This document shows, in pieces, positions 28,814 through 37,158 of a DNA stretch of 64,000 nucleotides. The stretch is from Spirochaetota bacterium (GTDB lineage Bacteria > Spirochaetota > UBA4802 > UBA5550). Made by a program: the position numbers and the translations under genes. The DNA is taken from assembly GCA_963664815.2 (NCBI GenBank), contig CAXXHB010000003.1:3520001-3584000 (forward strand), in the 5' to 3' direction. Position 1 is the stretch's first letter. Each line of letters begins with the position of its first letter. The notes under the pieces are model-generated. The model was not told the DNA's origin, did not search any database, and saw only the letters and a program-made list of their open reading frames with translations.

Positions 28814-30124
28814 CTATTCTATATTAAGCTTTTTTATTTTTCTCCACAGAGTTGATGAATCTATACCAAGCTCTTCTGAAGCCTTTGTTTTATTTCCGCT
28901 GTTTTTTTCGAGAGACTTGATAATATAAACTCTCTCCATTTCAGCAAGTGTGAGGTTTTCACTGAAAACTGTTTCAGAATGCCTCAGATGATTGGGGAGA
29001 TTGTTTACCCCGATGTATGCCTCTCTGCACAGAACAAAAGTATGCTCAATAATATTCTCAAGCTCCCTGACATTCCCCGGATAGCTGTAATCCATAAGAA
29101 TATTCATAACCTCATCGGTAACACCCTCAATATTTTTCTCTTTTATAATATTGAATTTTCTTATAAAATGATTAATAAGAAGCGGAATGTCCTCTCTCCT
29201 TGATGCAAGAGTAGGAAGGGTTATATTAATAACGTTAATCCGGTAATAAAGATCCTCTCTGAACCTTCCGTTTTTCACTTCAGTCATAAGATGCTTGTTA
29301 GTAGCCGATATTATTCTTACATCAGACTTCAGAGGCGTTGTCCCGCCTAAAGGCTCATACTCCCTTTCCTGAATAAATCTCAGGAGTTTAGCCTGAATTG
29401 CAGGAGATACCTCACCAATCTCATCAAGGAAAAGAGTACCCCCCTCTGCAAGTGAAACCTTCCCTAGTTTATCCTTTCTTGCATCTGTAAATGCTCCAGC
29501 TTTATATCCAAATAGCTCCGATTCAAGGAGATTGTCAGGTACTGCAGCACAATTTATTGTAACTACAGGTTTTTTACTCCGGTTACTCAGGTGATGAATT
29601 CCCCGTGCAACAAGCTCCTTTCCGGTACCGCTCGGCCCCTCTATAAGAACCGTACTGTCGCTGGTTGCTATATCCGGAAGTATCGTAAAAAGGTCTTTGA
29701 AATATTTACTTTTACTCACTATATCTTCTATGGTATAATTTGATTCGATCTCTTTGCGGAGAACTTCCATATCGGATATGTCTCTGAAAGTTTCCACTCC
29801 CCCTATGATATTTCCATCTTTATTCTTTAGCAGAGCTGTACTGACGGTAATAGGAATTTTATCGCCAAGGGAATTTACAACATAGACAGTTTTATTTATA
29901 ATGTTTCTTCCTGTTGCAAGAGTCTCTTTCAATGCGCATGAGTGTTCACATATACTCGCGTGAAAAACCTCAAAGCAAAGTTTACCGGTGGCATCTCTTT
30001 CATCTATTTTCAGAATTTCAGCAGCTGCCCTGTTTATGGATGTTATTCTGAAATCCATATCGACAGTGAATACACCGTCAGCAATGCTGTTGAGAATAAT
30101 ATTTTTTTCTTCCTGTTCAATCAT
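28814..30124 (-). CDS. PAS-AAA+-HTH sigma54 activator, OrpR-like
   Basis: PAS with C-X8-C-X3-C (CFEVFHASICEHSC), GPSGTGKE, ESELFG..GAFTDA, LFLDEI, PGNVREL, Fis-type HTH. Confidence 0.92.
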   Translation of the reverse strand: MIEQEEKNIILNSIADGVFTVDMDFRITSINRAAAEILKIDERDATGKLCFEVFHASICEHSCALKETLATGRNIINKTVYVVNSLGDKIPITVSTALLKNKDGNIIGGVETFRDISDMEVLRKEIESNYTIEDIVSKSKYFKDLFTILPDIATSDSTVLIEGPSGTGKELVARGIHHLSNRSKKPVVTINCAAVPDNLLESELFGYKAGAFTDARKDKLGKVSLAEGGTLFLDEIGEVSPAIQAKLLRFIQEREYEPLGGTTPLKSDVRIISATNKHLMTEVKNGRFREDLYYRINVINITLPTLASRREDIPLLINHFIRKFNIIKEKNIEGVTDEVMNILMDYSYPGNVRELENIIEHTFVLCREAYIGVNNLPNHLRHSETVFSENLTLAEMERVYIIKSLEKNSGNKTKASEELGIDSSTLWRKIKKLNIE

Positions 30125-30224
30125 AGGTCATCATAAAATAATTATCATTAAAATGCAATAAGAAACAGATATACGATATTATCGGAAAAATATAACGCCG
30201 GAGAAGGGTTTATCAGTCAAAACT

Positions 30225-30386
30225 TCAATCCTTCCAGTTTACTTCAATCTGAATATCAGGAATTTCCCTTTTAACAATTAAAGCGAGTTTCCGGATCTCC
30301 TCTTTGCAGCAGTCGATATCTTTTGCCTTATCAATCCGGTCCATCAGCTCGTCGCTGAATTCTTTTATTGAAATAATCTTTTTCAT
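30225..30386 (-). CDS. small protein with Cys-Cys motif (53 aa, MKKIISIKEFSDELMDRIDKAKDIDCCKEEIRKLALIVKREIPDIQIEVNWKD), below ORF-track cutoff
   Basis: Hand translation; GGAGG RBS. Confidence 0.75.
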   Translation of the reverse strand: MKKIISIKEFSDELMDRIDKAKDIDCCKEEIRKLALIVKREIPDIQIEVNWKD

Positions 30387-30514
30387 CGGAAACCTCCATT
30401 TATTTTAAATAATCTGATATTAATATATTTAATATTTCCAATCAACCTATAATCTGTTAAACTTTAAATATACTTATATATTACCAACTTCATCGAAGAC
30501 ATATGCCCCGGTTA

Positions 30515-31807
30515 CTACGACATCCCCTCCAGTTCTCTTCCGGCGGTAATTGCCGCGATTGTCCCATCGGATACAGATGTTGTTATCTGCCTGTAAGATT
30601 TGTTGATTACATCACCGGCGGCAAATATTCCCGGAATGTTCGTCCTCATATGCTGATCGGTAATTATATACCCCTGATCATCAGCTTCCAGTTTGCCGCT
30701 GAAAAGCCCTGTGTTAGGCCTCATTCCTGCGAAAATAAATACTCCATCCGCGCGGATTTCACGTCGCGAACTGTTTTTTAAATTTTCTATTTCAATCAGC
30801 ATCGATCCGTCAGGCTCCCTTTTAAAAGATCTCGGTTCATGCTCAAATATAAAATCAATTTTATTATTTGAAATTGCTTTTTCCTGTGCCACTTTGTTCG
30901 CCTGAAGTTTATCAAGCTGATGAATTATTGTGACTCTGTCAGCATATTTCGTTATAAACAGTGATTCTTCGACAGCGGAGTTCCCTCCGCCTATTACAAC
31001 AACATGTTTTCCTCCGTAATACTTGGCGTCGCAGGTGGCACAATAGGATATTCCCCTACCCTTATACTCCCTCTCCCCGTCTATCCCAAGCTCCCTGTAT
31101 GTTGAACCTGTTGACAAAATAATCTTCTTCGCTCTGACAGTTTCATATCCATCTACAAGGATCTTTTTTTTAACAAGGTCAACATCCGATACATCAACTG
31201 CAGATCTGAAAACAACGCCGGCTTCTTTTGCCTGTTCATTCATAAAATGAGTAAGCATAAAGCCTTCAACAGGCTTGATAAACCCCGGGTAGTTTGACAC
31301 CATATGCGTTGTTGAAACCTGCCCGCCGGGAAGAGATATATCTACAAGTATTGTGTCAAGCATTGCCTGTGCGGAATATATTCCCGCAGTTAATCCGGCA
31401 GGACCACCGCCAAGTATCAAGACATCACATTCTGTATCAACAGGCTTGATTTTACCTCTGAGTTCTGCTGATTTTTCCTTCGTGAGCATAGATTCAATGT
31501 TTGCGACCAGTTCACTTCTTTTAATCCCGCCGCTGAGCCTCACACCGGTCTCTTTGCCTTTATAAAAGAATAATACAGTAGGAGATGAGGTTACCCCCAT
31601 TTTTTCAGCAAGTGCCCTGTTCTCCTGACGGAATATTTTCAGAAATTTAACGTCATCTCCATAAATCTCACTCAGTGGTTCAAACTTAGCAGCGAGGGCC
31701 TCACAGGGAGGACATTCGGTTGAATAAAAATCAAGAGCAACAGCGCCTCCCCCCAGAACCTCTTGTTCAAAATCCGCCGCGCTTATATATTTAATTTTAT
31801 TATTCAT
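30515..31807 (-). CDS. thioredoxin-thioredoxin reductase fusion
   Basis: N-terminal Trx DFYSTECPPC; GGGPAG, CATCD, GGGNSA, AAGD, QI.T.VSDG.IAA. Confidence 0.92.
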   Translation of the reverse strand: MNNKIKYISAADFEQEVLGGGAVALDFYSTECPPCEALAAKFEPLSEIYGDDVKFLKIFRQENRALAEKMGVTSSPTVLFFYKGKETGVRLSGGIKRSELVANIESMLTKEKSAELRGKIKPVDTECDVLILGGGPAGLTAGIYSAQAMLDTILVDISLPGGQVSTTHMVSNYPGFIKPVEGFMLTHFMNEQAKEAGVVFRSAVDVSDVDLVKKKILVDGYETVRAKKIILSTGSTYRELGIDGEREYKGRGISYCATCDAKYYGGKHVVVIGGGNSAVEESLFITKYADRVTIIHQLDKLQANKVAQEKAISNNKIDFIFEHEPRSFKREPDGSMLIEIENLKNSSRREIRADGVFIFAGMRPNTGLFSGKLEADDQGYIITDQHMRTNIPGIFAAGDVINKSYRQITTSVSDGTIAAITAGRELEGMS

Positions 31808-33120
31808 TGATTTACTCCTTTATTGAAATATAACGATAATCCCATCTCAAGCAGGGACTTCACAGGCCTGCAGTCAGATGAGAGTATTTTACCCGTTTTA
31901 TTCTTGGCCACAGCACCGCATCCTCCGCCGCACAAGAGCTGTGACTCACATTCCCTGCATTCAGGTATGCATGTCACATCACGCTGCTGCCACGTACTGA
32001 TAATATCATCTCTTGAAGTCACCTCCGGGAAAAATGTTCCCAGTTCCTCTCCGGATTTGCCAACGGTAGCAGTGCATGAATATATCTTCCCTGTATAATC
32101 GAAAGCCCATTCGCTTTTACAGGCGGGGCATGAATCAAATAACGGATGTGGAAGCTCACCGTTGTCAAAAAGAAACTTTGAAACTGAAAACAGAGGCCTG
32201 TGAAACTCAAGTATATGAGGATGCTCATTTATAAGTTTATACAGCTTTTCATACAACTCCACCCGTTCAAAAAGTTTTTTATTACCTGCCATACAGTGAT
32301 GCAGTTCATAATTTCTCCCTATCTGTGTTTTAAACAGCGGATTTTGTGTCCATCCCTTTGATATTGCAAAAGATGCAAAATCCGGGAGGTTATCAATATT
32401 CTCCCTGTCTATAACCATTCTGAGATTTATCGGAAACCCGTTTCTCAGAGATTCATCTATACCTGCAACTATACGGTCAAATGTCTCACCCCTGTTTTTC
32501 ATATAGCGCCGTCCGTCATGGACTTCACGCGTACCATCAAGTGTAACCTGTATTTCTCTAATATTCCCCTCAGACAGAATATTCATGTAATCAACCAGGT
32601 TGTAACCGTTTGTAACAACAGCAAGATCCGTTTTTTTCATCGACGCTTTTTCTATAATCATCCGGAGATCATTACGGTTTTTATCGCCCGGAAGAAGCGG
32701 TTCGCCGCCGAATATTGTTATATACTTTTTCCTGCCGATGAATTCCCTTTCTATATAGGCAAAGAAAGCATCCACAGCATGTTCAGTCAATGGCGCCTTC
32801 TCAGGAGCATACCCATCCTGATAGCAGTATGAACAGGCGAAATTGCATTCATAACCAGGCACAAAAAATATCTGTATTTCTGAATTTTCTCTCTCCTCGA
32901 TAAAATCAAGATATGCCAGTTTGTATCTCCGGTTCTCATCAGATTCATCTGAGAGATATCCCTTTGCAGCATACTCTTCCATGTCTGAATATTCACCCTT
33001 AATTACTTCGGCGGCTTTATCGGGAGTAAGAATATCAGCATTCCGGGACAGGGAATTAAGAATAAAATAATTCTCCGAATCTGCCAGTTTTCCAAATATA
33101 TTATGTTTTGAAAATTTCAT
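31804..33120 (-). CDS. radical SAM/SPASM-domain protein, putative peptide maturase
   Basis: CNFACSYC, FGGEP, TNG, TLDG..HD.RR; SPASM C..G.IYSC...C..CRECESQLLCGGGC...C; ~80-aa N-terminal extension (possible RRE). Confidence 0.92.
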   Translation of the reverse strand: MKFSKHNIFGKLADSENYFILNSLSRNADILTPDKAAEVIKGEYSDMEEYAAKGYLSDESDENRRYKLAYLDFIEERENSEIQIFFVPGYECNFACSYCYQDGYAPEKAPLTEHAVDAFFAYIEREFIGRKKYITIFGGEPLLPGDKNRNDLRMIIEKASMKKTDLAVVTNGYNLVDYMNILSEGNIREIQVTLDGTREVHDGRRYMKNRGETFDRIVAGIDESLRNGFPINLRMVIDRENIDNLPDFASFAISKGWTQNPLFKTQIGRNYELHHCMAGNKKLFERVELYEKLYKLINEHPHILEFHRPLFSVSKFLFDNGELPHPLFDSCPACKSEWAFDYTGKIYSCTATVGKSGEELGTFFPEVTSRDDIISTWQQRDVTCIPECRECESQLLCGGGCGAVAKNKTGKILSSDCRPVKSLLEMGLSLYFNKGVNQ

Positions 33121-33153
33121 ATTATTATCACCTATCCGTGTTCAGCTAAGATT

Positions 33154-33188
33154 CACGGGGTGCCGGGTTTTTAACCCGGTCCCCCGTG
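33154..33188 (-). promoter_or_regulatory. strong GC stem-loop right after the peptide stop (mRNA-stabilising or attenuating)
   Basis: CACGGGG-ga-CCGGGTT-aaa-AACCCGG-ca-CCCCGTG; no U-tract. Confidence 0.7.
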
Positions 33189-33192
33189 CCTG

Positions 33193-33288
33193 TCAATCGT
33201 GACATCCCGCCACTATTGTAGAAATCTTTGCACAACATTGTGCAACCCTGGAATCCGCCGATTCCTTTTTCCTTATCAGACTGTTCAT
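33193..33288 (-). CDS. putative RiPP precursor peptide, 31 aa MNSLIRKKESADSRVAQCCAKISTIVAGCHD
   Basis: Hand translation; AAGGAG RBS; immediately upstream of rSAM/SPASM; basic leader plus Cys-containing core. Confidence 0.8.
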   Translation of the reverse strand: MNSLIRKKESADSRVAQCCAKISTIVAGCHD

Positions 33289-33339
33289 AATTTGAACTCC
33301 TTATATATTCACCGGCCTTATTGCCGGGTGTATACCATT

Positions 33340-33987
33340 TTAAATATTTTTAAAACCTGTTATCGTCCAGCTTGCCACATCGATCATCCCCTTGGAGTAT
33401 GGTACCGATTCTTCAATAATTCTGATATCGGCAAAACCCGCTTTTTCAAGTGATTCAAGATATTCACCGCGTGTAACCGATCCGGCCCAGCACTCCGCTA
33501 CAGCCTGCGGATCATTCCTGTATTCATCCGGCACTGGCAGGATTGAATATATATCACTTACAATAAATCTTCCCCCGTTTTTAAGAATCCTGTATATACT
33601 GCTCCAGACTCTGTCCTTATCCTCCGCATGGTTTATTGTGCAGTTTGAAATAACAACATCTGCAATTGAATCACCAAGCTTTATATCTTCCAGTTCCGAT
33701 CTTATAATAGCGGCATTCTTTATATCAAATTTTTTGATGAGCTCCTCAGCTTTTTCAATCATCCCATCGGATATATCCACCCCATAGGCGAAGCCGCTTT
33801 CCCCGGCCATATCCGCCAGTCTTACAACATCGTTTCCTCTGCCGCTGCCAAGATCAACACATACCTCGCCTGCTTTTACACCTGCATGATTTATTGCCCC
33901 GCCGCATGAAAGACAACATGAACTCTGTGACAGTGATGAATAACGCTGATTTATAGTTTTCAGCTGTATTTTCTTATATTCACTCAT
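33340..33987 (-). CDS. ArsM (arsenite methyltransferase)-like SAM methyltransferase
   Basis: SSCCLSCG, GE..VDLGSG.G.D, DVVISNC.IN, ECWAG. Confidence 0.8.
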   Translation of the reverse strand: MSEYKKIQLKTINQRYSSLSQSSCCLSCGGAINHAGVKAGEVCVDLGSGRGNDVVRLADMAGESGFAYGVDISDGMIEKAEELIKKFDIKNAAIIRSELEDIKLGDSIADVVISNCTINHAEDKDRVWSSIYRILKNGGRFIVSDIYSILPVPDEYRNDPQAVAECWAGSVTRGEYLESLEKAGFADIRIIEESVPYSKGMIDVASWTITGFKNI

Positions 33988-33988
33988 T

Positions 33989-34405
33989 TCATTTCTCCAT
34001 TGCCTGTGTTAAATAGATCAGCCCGTTTTCTACAGTATTCAATTCATCATCACGCAGCTGCATTTTGATCTTTTTTTCGCATTCATTTTTAAGTTTTATA
34101 AACGCTTTATGTTTTTTTATTCCCTCTTCGCTGAGCGACAGGTGAACAAACCTTCTGTCATCACTGGTTTCTGAGCGTTCCAGCAGATTTTTTTCAATCA
34201 TCTGATCTACTATCCTGCTCACCCTTGACGGAGAAAGCTTATTCCGTTCAGCCAGCTCATTGCCGTTTATCATCTCGCCGGGTTTTATAGAGAGAAGTAT
34301 AAAGGATTCCGGCCTGGTTAAGTTTTCATTTTTAAGCGTATCCTCGTTGAGGCTGTAGCATATATCACTAAGGTGTAGAATCGTTTCAATTATGTTAATC
34401 TCCAT
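33989..34405 (-). CDS. MarR-family transcriptional regulator
   Basis: LT..E..IL, ELA....S.SRVSRIVD, DDRR...L.L...G; start re-set to ATG 34405 (AGAGGA). Confidence 0.9.
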   Translation of the reverse strand: MEINIIETILHLSDICYSLNEDTLKNENLTRPESFILLSIKPGEMINGNELAERNKLSPSRVSRIVDQMIEKNLLERSETSDDRRFVHLSLSEEGIKKHKAFIKLKNECEKKIKMQLRDDELNTVENGLIYLTQAMEK

Positions 34406-34426
34406 AATATTTTCCTCTGTCAATAA

Positions 34427-34466
34427 TTGTTATTAACAAATATAATCAGTGAGTACAAAAAGTCAA
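34427..34466 (-). promoter_or_regulatory. sigma70-like promoter (TTGACT-16-TATATT) overlapped by palindrome TTGTTA-T-TAACAA (MarR operator candidate)
   Basis: Seen directly upstream of the MarR gene. Confidence 0.55.
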
Positions 34467-34678
34467 GCAATATGTTAAGTATTTTATAATTTTATTAAAT
34501 AATCAATATTTCGCAACTTCCCCCCATAAATAATACAAATATTTCAATATAATCTTAATTTCTAATAAATCAGAATTTGGCATAGCTGTAATTTAAAGGG
34601 AAAGTAATAATGAGGCCATACAGATTCATTATAAATATTATTGCAGGGGCGGCACCTGGATTTGTTTATTACAAATTT

Positions 34679-34873
34679 ACTTTCAGCTTTTCAATTTAAC
34701 TCTCGAGTTTTTCTATCCTATTAACTAACTGTAGAATTAACTCAACAACCGCATCTTTACCGAGATCATAAATTATTTCAGCATCTTCTCGTTTCATGAA
34801 ATATACTATATAATATGATTTTTAAATTAATAGAAAAAATATTTCCCCGGTTTTTTATAGCTGAGTAGTTAAC
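34679..34873 (-). mobile_element. IS66-like left-end remnant with truncated transposase N-terminus (34696-34797)
   Basis: MKREDAEIIYDLGKDAVVELILQLVNRIEKLES*; end motif GTTAACTACTCAGC resembles IS66 termini. Confidence 0.5.
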
Positions 34874-34980
34874 ATTTTTTTTCAAAAACCCTACGCCGAA
34901 AACGTATCAGTTACTAAAACCGGCAAGGAGGTTATTTAATAAAAACTTAAAAAGCCGGAACAGCTTATATTGAATTGATG

Positions 34981-35331
34981 CTATTTTTTACTCTTCCGGT
35001 TTTTTTTATCCTTATAATTCAGGTCTGTAAAAAGTATTTCTGCCTGCTCCATGGCTATCCGAAGAGCATCACACCCTTTATCAGTAATATTATAATATTT
35101 TCTGATTTTACCCCCGACATTACAATCTTCATGAAGGAGGTAACCCTTGTTTTCAAGGCCATGAAAAGTATTGTAAAGAGTGCCGTATGATAAATGATAC
35201 CCTGCCTCTGTAAGGTGTTCATGAATTTCCTTTCCGTATACAGGTTCTTTTTTTGCGTATTGGAGAATATATATTTTAATAAATCCGAGAAGAAATTCAT
35301 GTTTCATTACATCAGCCATAGGTGTCTCCAT
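34981..35331 (-). CDS. PadR-family transcriptional regulator
   Basis: GFIK..IL, YG, S.GTLY...H.LE..G, RKYY..T..G. Confidence 0.9.
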   Translation of the reverse strand: METPMADVMKHEFLLGFIKIYILQYAKKEPVYGKEIHEHLTEAGYHLSYGTLYNTFHGLENKGYLLHEDCNVGGKIRKYYNITDKGCDALRIAMEQAEILFTDLNYKDKKNRKSKK

Positions 35332-35526
35332 AAACTAACATTTTCAGTAACTGTTTAAAAAACATGAGTAATTAAGGTTTTCCCGCGCTTATGACGCGGA
35401 GATATATTCCACCACCGGTTTTTGAGTGAACACTTTTTTAAGATAAAAAAGCCAGCTCCCCTGCATCTGAAATGGCGGGGATAAGGCAAATGTGCCATAA
35501 TTATTCAACAAAATCAAGTTCTTTCT

Positions 35527-36525
35527 TTATTTCACTACTGAGTCTGGTTTTTCCGCTGACGCAATTTTTTCAGGTCTGCTGTCAAATTTTCCGGATACGG
35601 CAAATGGAATATTATACTCCTGCGAAGCGTTCCATAAAATAAAACCGTTCACCCCTGCGTCATTAACAGCTTCAATCTGTTTTTCAATATATTTCTCATA
35701 ACTGAGCCCCGATCTTTTTACCTTCATACGGAATGCCTGTATCCATGGGACGATGATACTGTTTTTTACGCGTTTTTTTGCATCAACTGAAGTCAGATGA
35801 ACGGTATAATAAGGATCAGCCATCATTTTTCTGCTCCATGTATAATGTGAAGGATAAGCCATGGGGCATATTACGTTGACCACTTCATCGAGAACCTCCA
35901 TCTTCTGCCCTATGGGATCATCAATATTAAGCGGGATTCGGCCGAAAACATCAACAGCTATCCGCACATTATATTTTTTAAGGCGGTCGCTGAATTTCGC
36001 TACAACTGATTTTATTATCTGGTATTTTTCTTTTATTGTGATATTCTTTAAGATTCCATGATCATTGAACCTTATATAATCGAGCTGGATCTCTTCGAAA
36101 CCGGCCTGACACGCCTCCTCGGCAATAGACAGTCGTTCTTCAAGAAACTCAGCTGATACAGGATACTTTTTAAGACCATCCGGAAACATTACAACCCTTG
36201 CTATTGTGTGAAATCCGTTCTGGGTGCAATATTCCACATTTTTTTTCGGAGTAACAGCCCTGTTCATGGCAGAAGTCTGTACATCTATAACCACTGTATT
36301 AAGTCCCGAAGATTTAGCCCTGTTTATAAAACCGGACAGCTTTTCAAAGTTTCTCCCCGATTCACTGTTAAGATAAAATCCCTTATAAAACTCCGGATAT
36401 TTAAACTCTTTTTTATCACTCTTTGCCTCAGTGAGTTCAACAGCATTTGTTGAACTCCTTATAAAAAACATTGCACCGGCAACAGCAAGAATTAAAACTG
36501 AACCTATTATGATTTTTTTATTCAT
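35527..36525 (-). CDS. putative glycoside hydrolase (DUF4015-like TIM barrel)
   Basis: N.VVID, IARVV.F.D, GF.EIQ.DYIRF, DVFG, IGQ, PM.YPSHY, PWIQ.F, .WN. Confidence 0.8.
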   Translation of the reverse strand: MNKKIIIGSVLILAVAGAMFFIRSSTNAVELTEAKSDKKEFKYPEFYKGFYLNSESGRNFEKLSGFINRAKSSGLNTVVIDVQTSAMNRAVTPKKNVEYCTQNGFHTIARVVMFPDGLKKYPVSAEFLEERLSIAEEACQAGFEEIQLDYIRFNDHGILKNITIKEKYQIIKSVVAKFSDRLKKYNVRIAVDVFGRIPLNIDDPIGQKMEVLDEVVNVICPMAYPSHYTWSRKMMADPYYTVHLTSVDAKKRVKNSIIVPWIQAFRMKVKRSGLSYEKYIEKQIEAVNDAGVNGFILWNASQEYNIPFAVSGKFDSRPEKIASAEKPDSVVK

Positions 36526-36573
36526 TTGAATTTCCCTTATCTTCCCGGCCCGTTATTGACACGCCGTCAAATC

Positions 36574-36614
36574 CTTCATATACTGATATCAAAATTTGAT
36601 ATCAGTATATGAAG
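36574..36614. repeat. perfect inverted repeat, 20-bp arms with 1-nt spacer
   Basis: CTTCATATACTGATATCAAA-A-TTTGATATCAGTATATGAAG. Confidence 0.9.
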
Positions 36615-37158
36615 TCAAGAATTAATTGCTTTAAGTACCGATAAAAAACAGAATTCATCAGAACAGCGGGAGTAAAAAATATGATTCTTAAGATAAGAGG
36701 CTGGCATTATATAATTGAAACCGGAGATATTATTTAGAAAAGTGATGAATAACACATGGATAGAATAATTAAATATCAAACGGCAAAGATAAAACAGTTT
36801 ATGTTATTAATTGAATTCAAGAACACTATTATAACATAAATATATAATGAATACAAACTCCTGGATATATCACACCTTTTTAAATAATAAACATGGGCAC
36901 AAAAATTGTGTTATAATTCATGCACATCGAAATACTTCAAAATTTTTTATTTATAAAACTGTATTATATTTACGGTTTGAATTTTTTAATCAAATGAGTT
37001 TCAGCAGCGCCGGTACTTAATGTTTCTTGTTTATATAAAATATATGACTATAAATCATTACCGGTATTTATTTATAAATCTATTTGATCTGCTATTCAGC
37101 ACAAACCAGCCTCTGTTGGTATGTGCTGAATCTTTTATACCTGCGGACAGTCTGATCA

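Noticed and set aside
33142-33195. Selenocysteine read-through of the peptide TGA (would give C-H-D-U, a CxxU motif, with a hairpin just downstream)
   Set aside because: The hairpin apical loop is A-rich with no G, unlike bacterial SECIS; the extension QARGTGLKTRHPVNLS looks non-coding; no sel genes in the window. Alignment of homolog stop codons would settle it.
36893-36910. sigma54-like TGGGCACAAAAATTGTG
   Set aside because: It lacks the -12 GC and has no downstream + strand gene; similar TGGCAC hits near 35495 and 60075 also fail the spacing.
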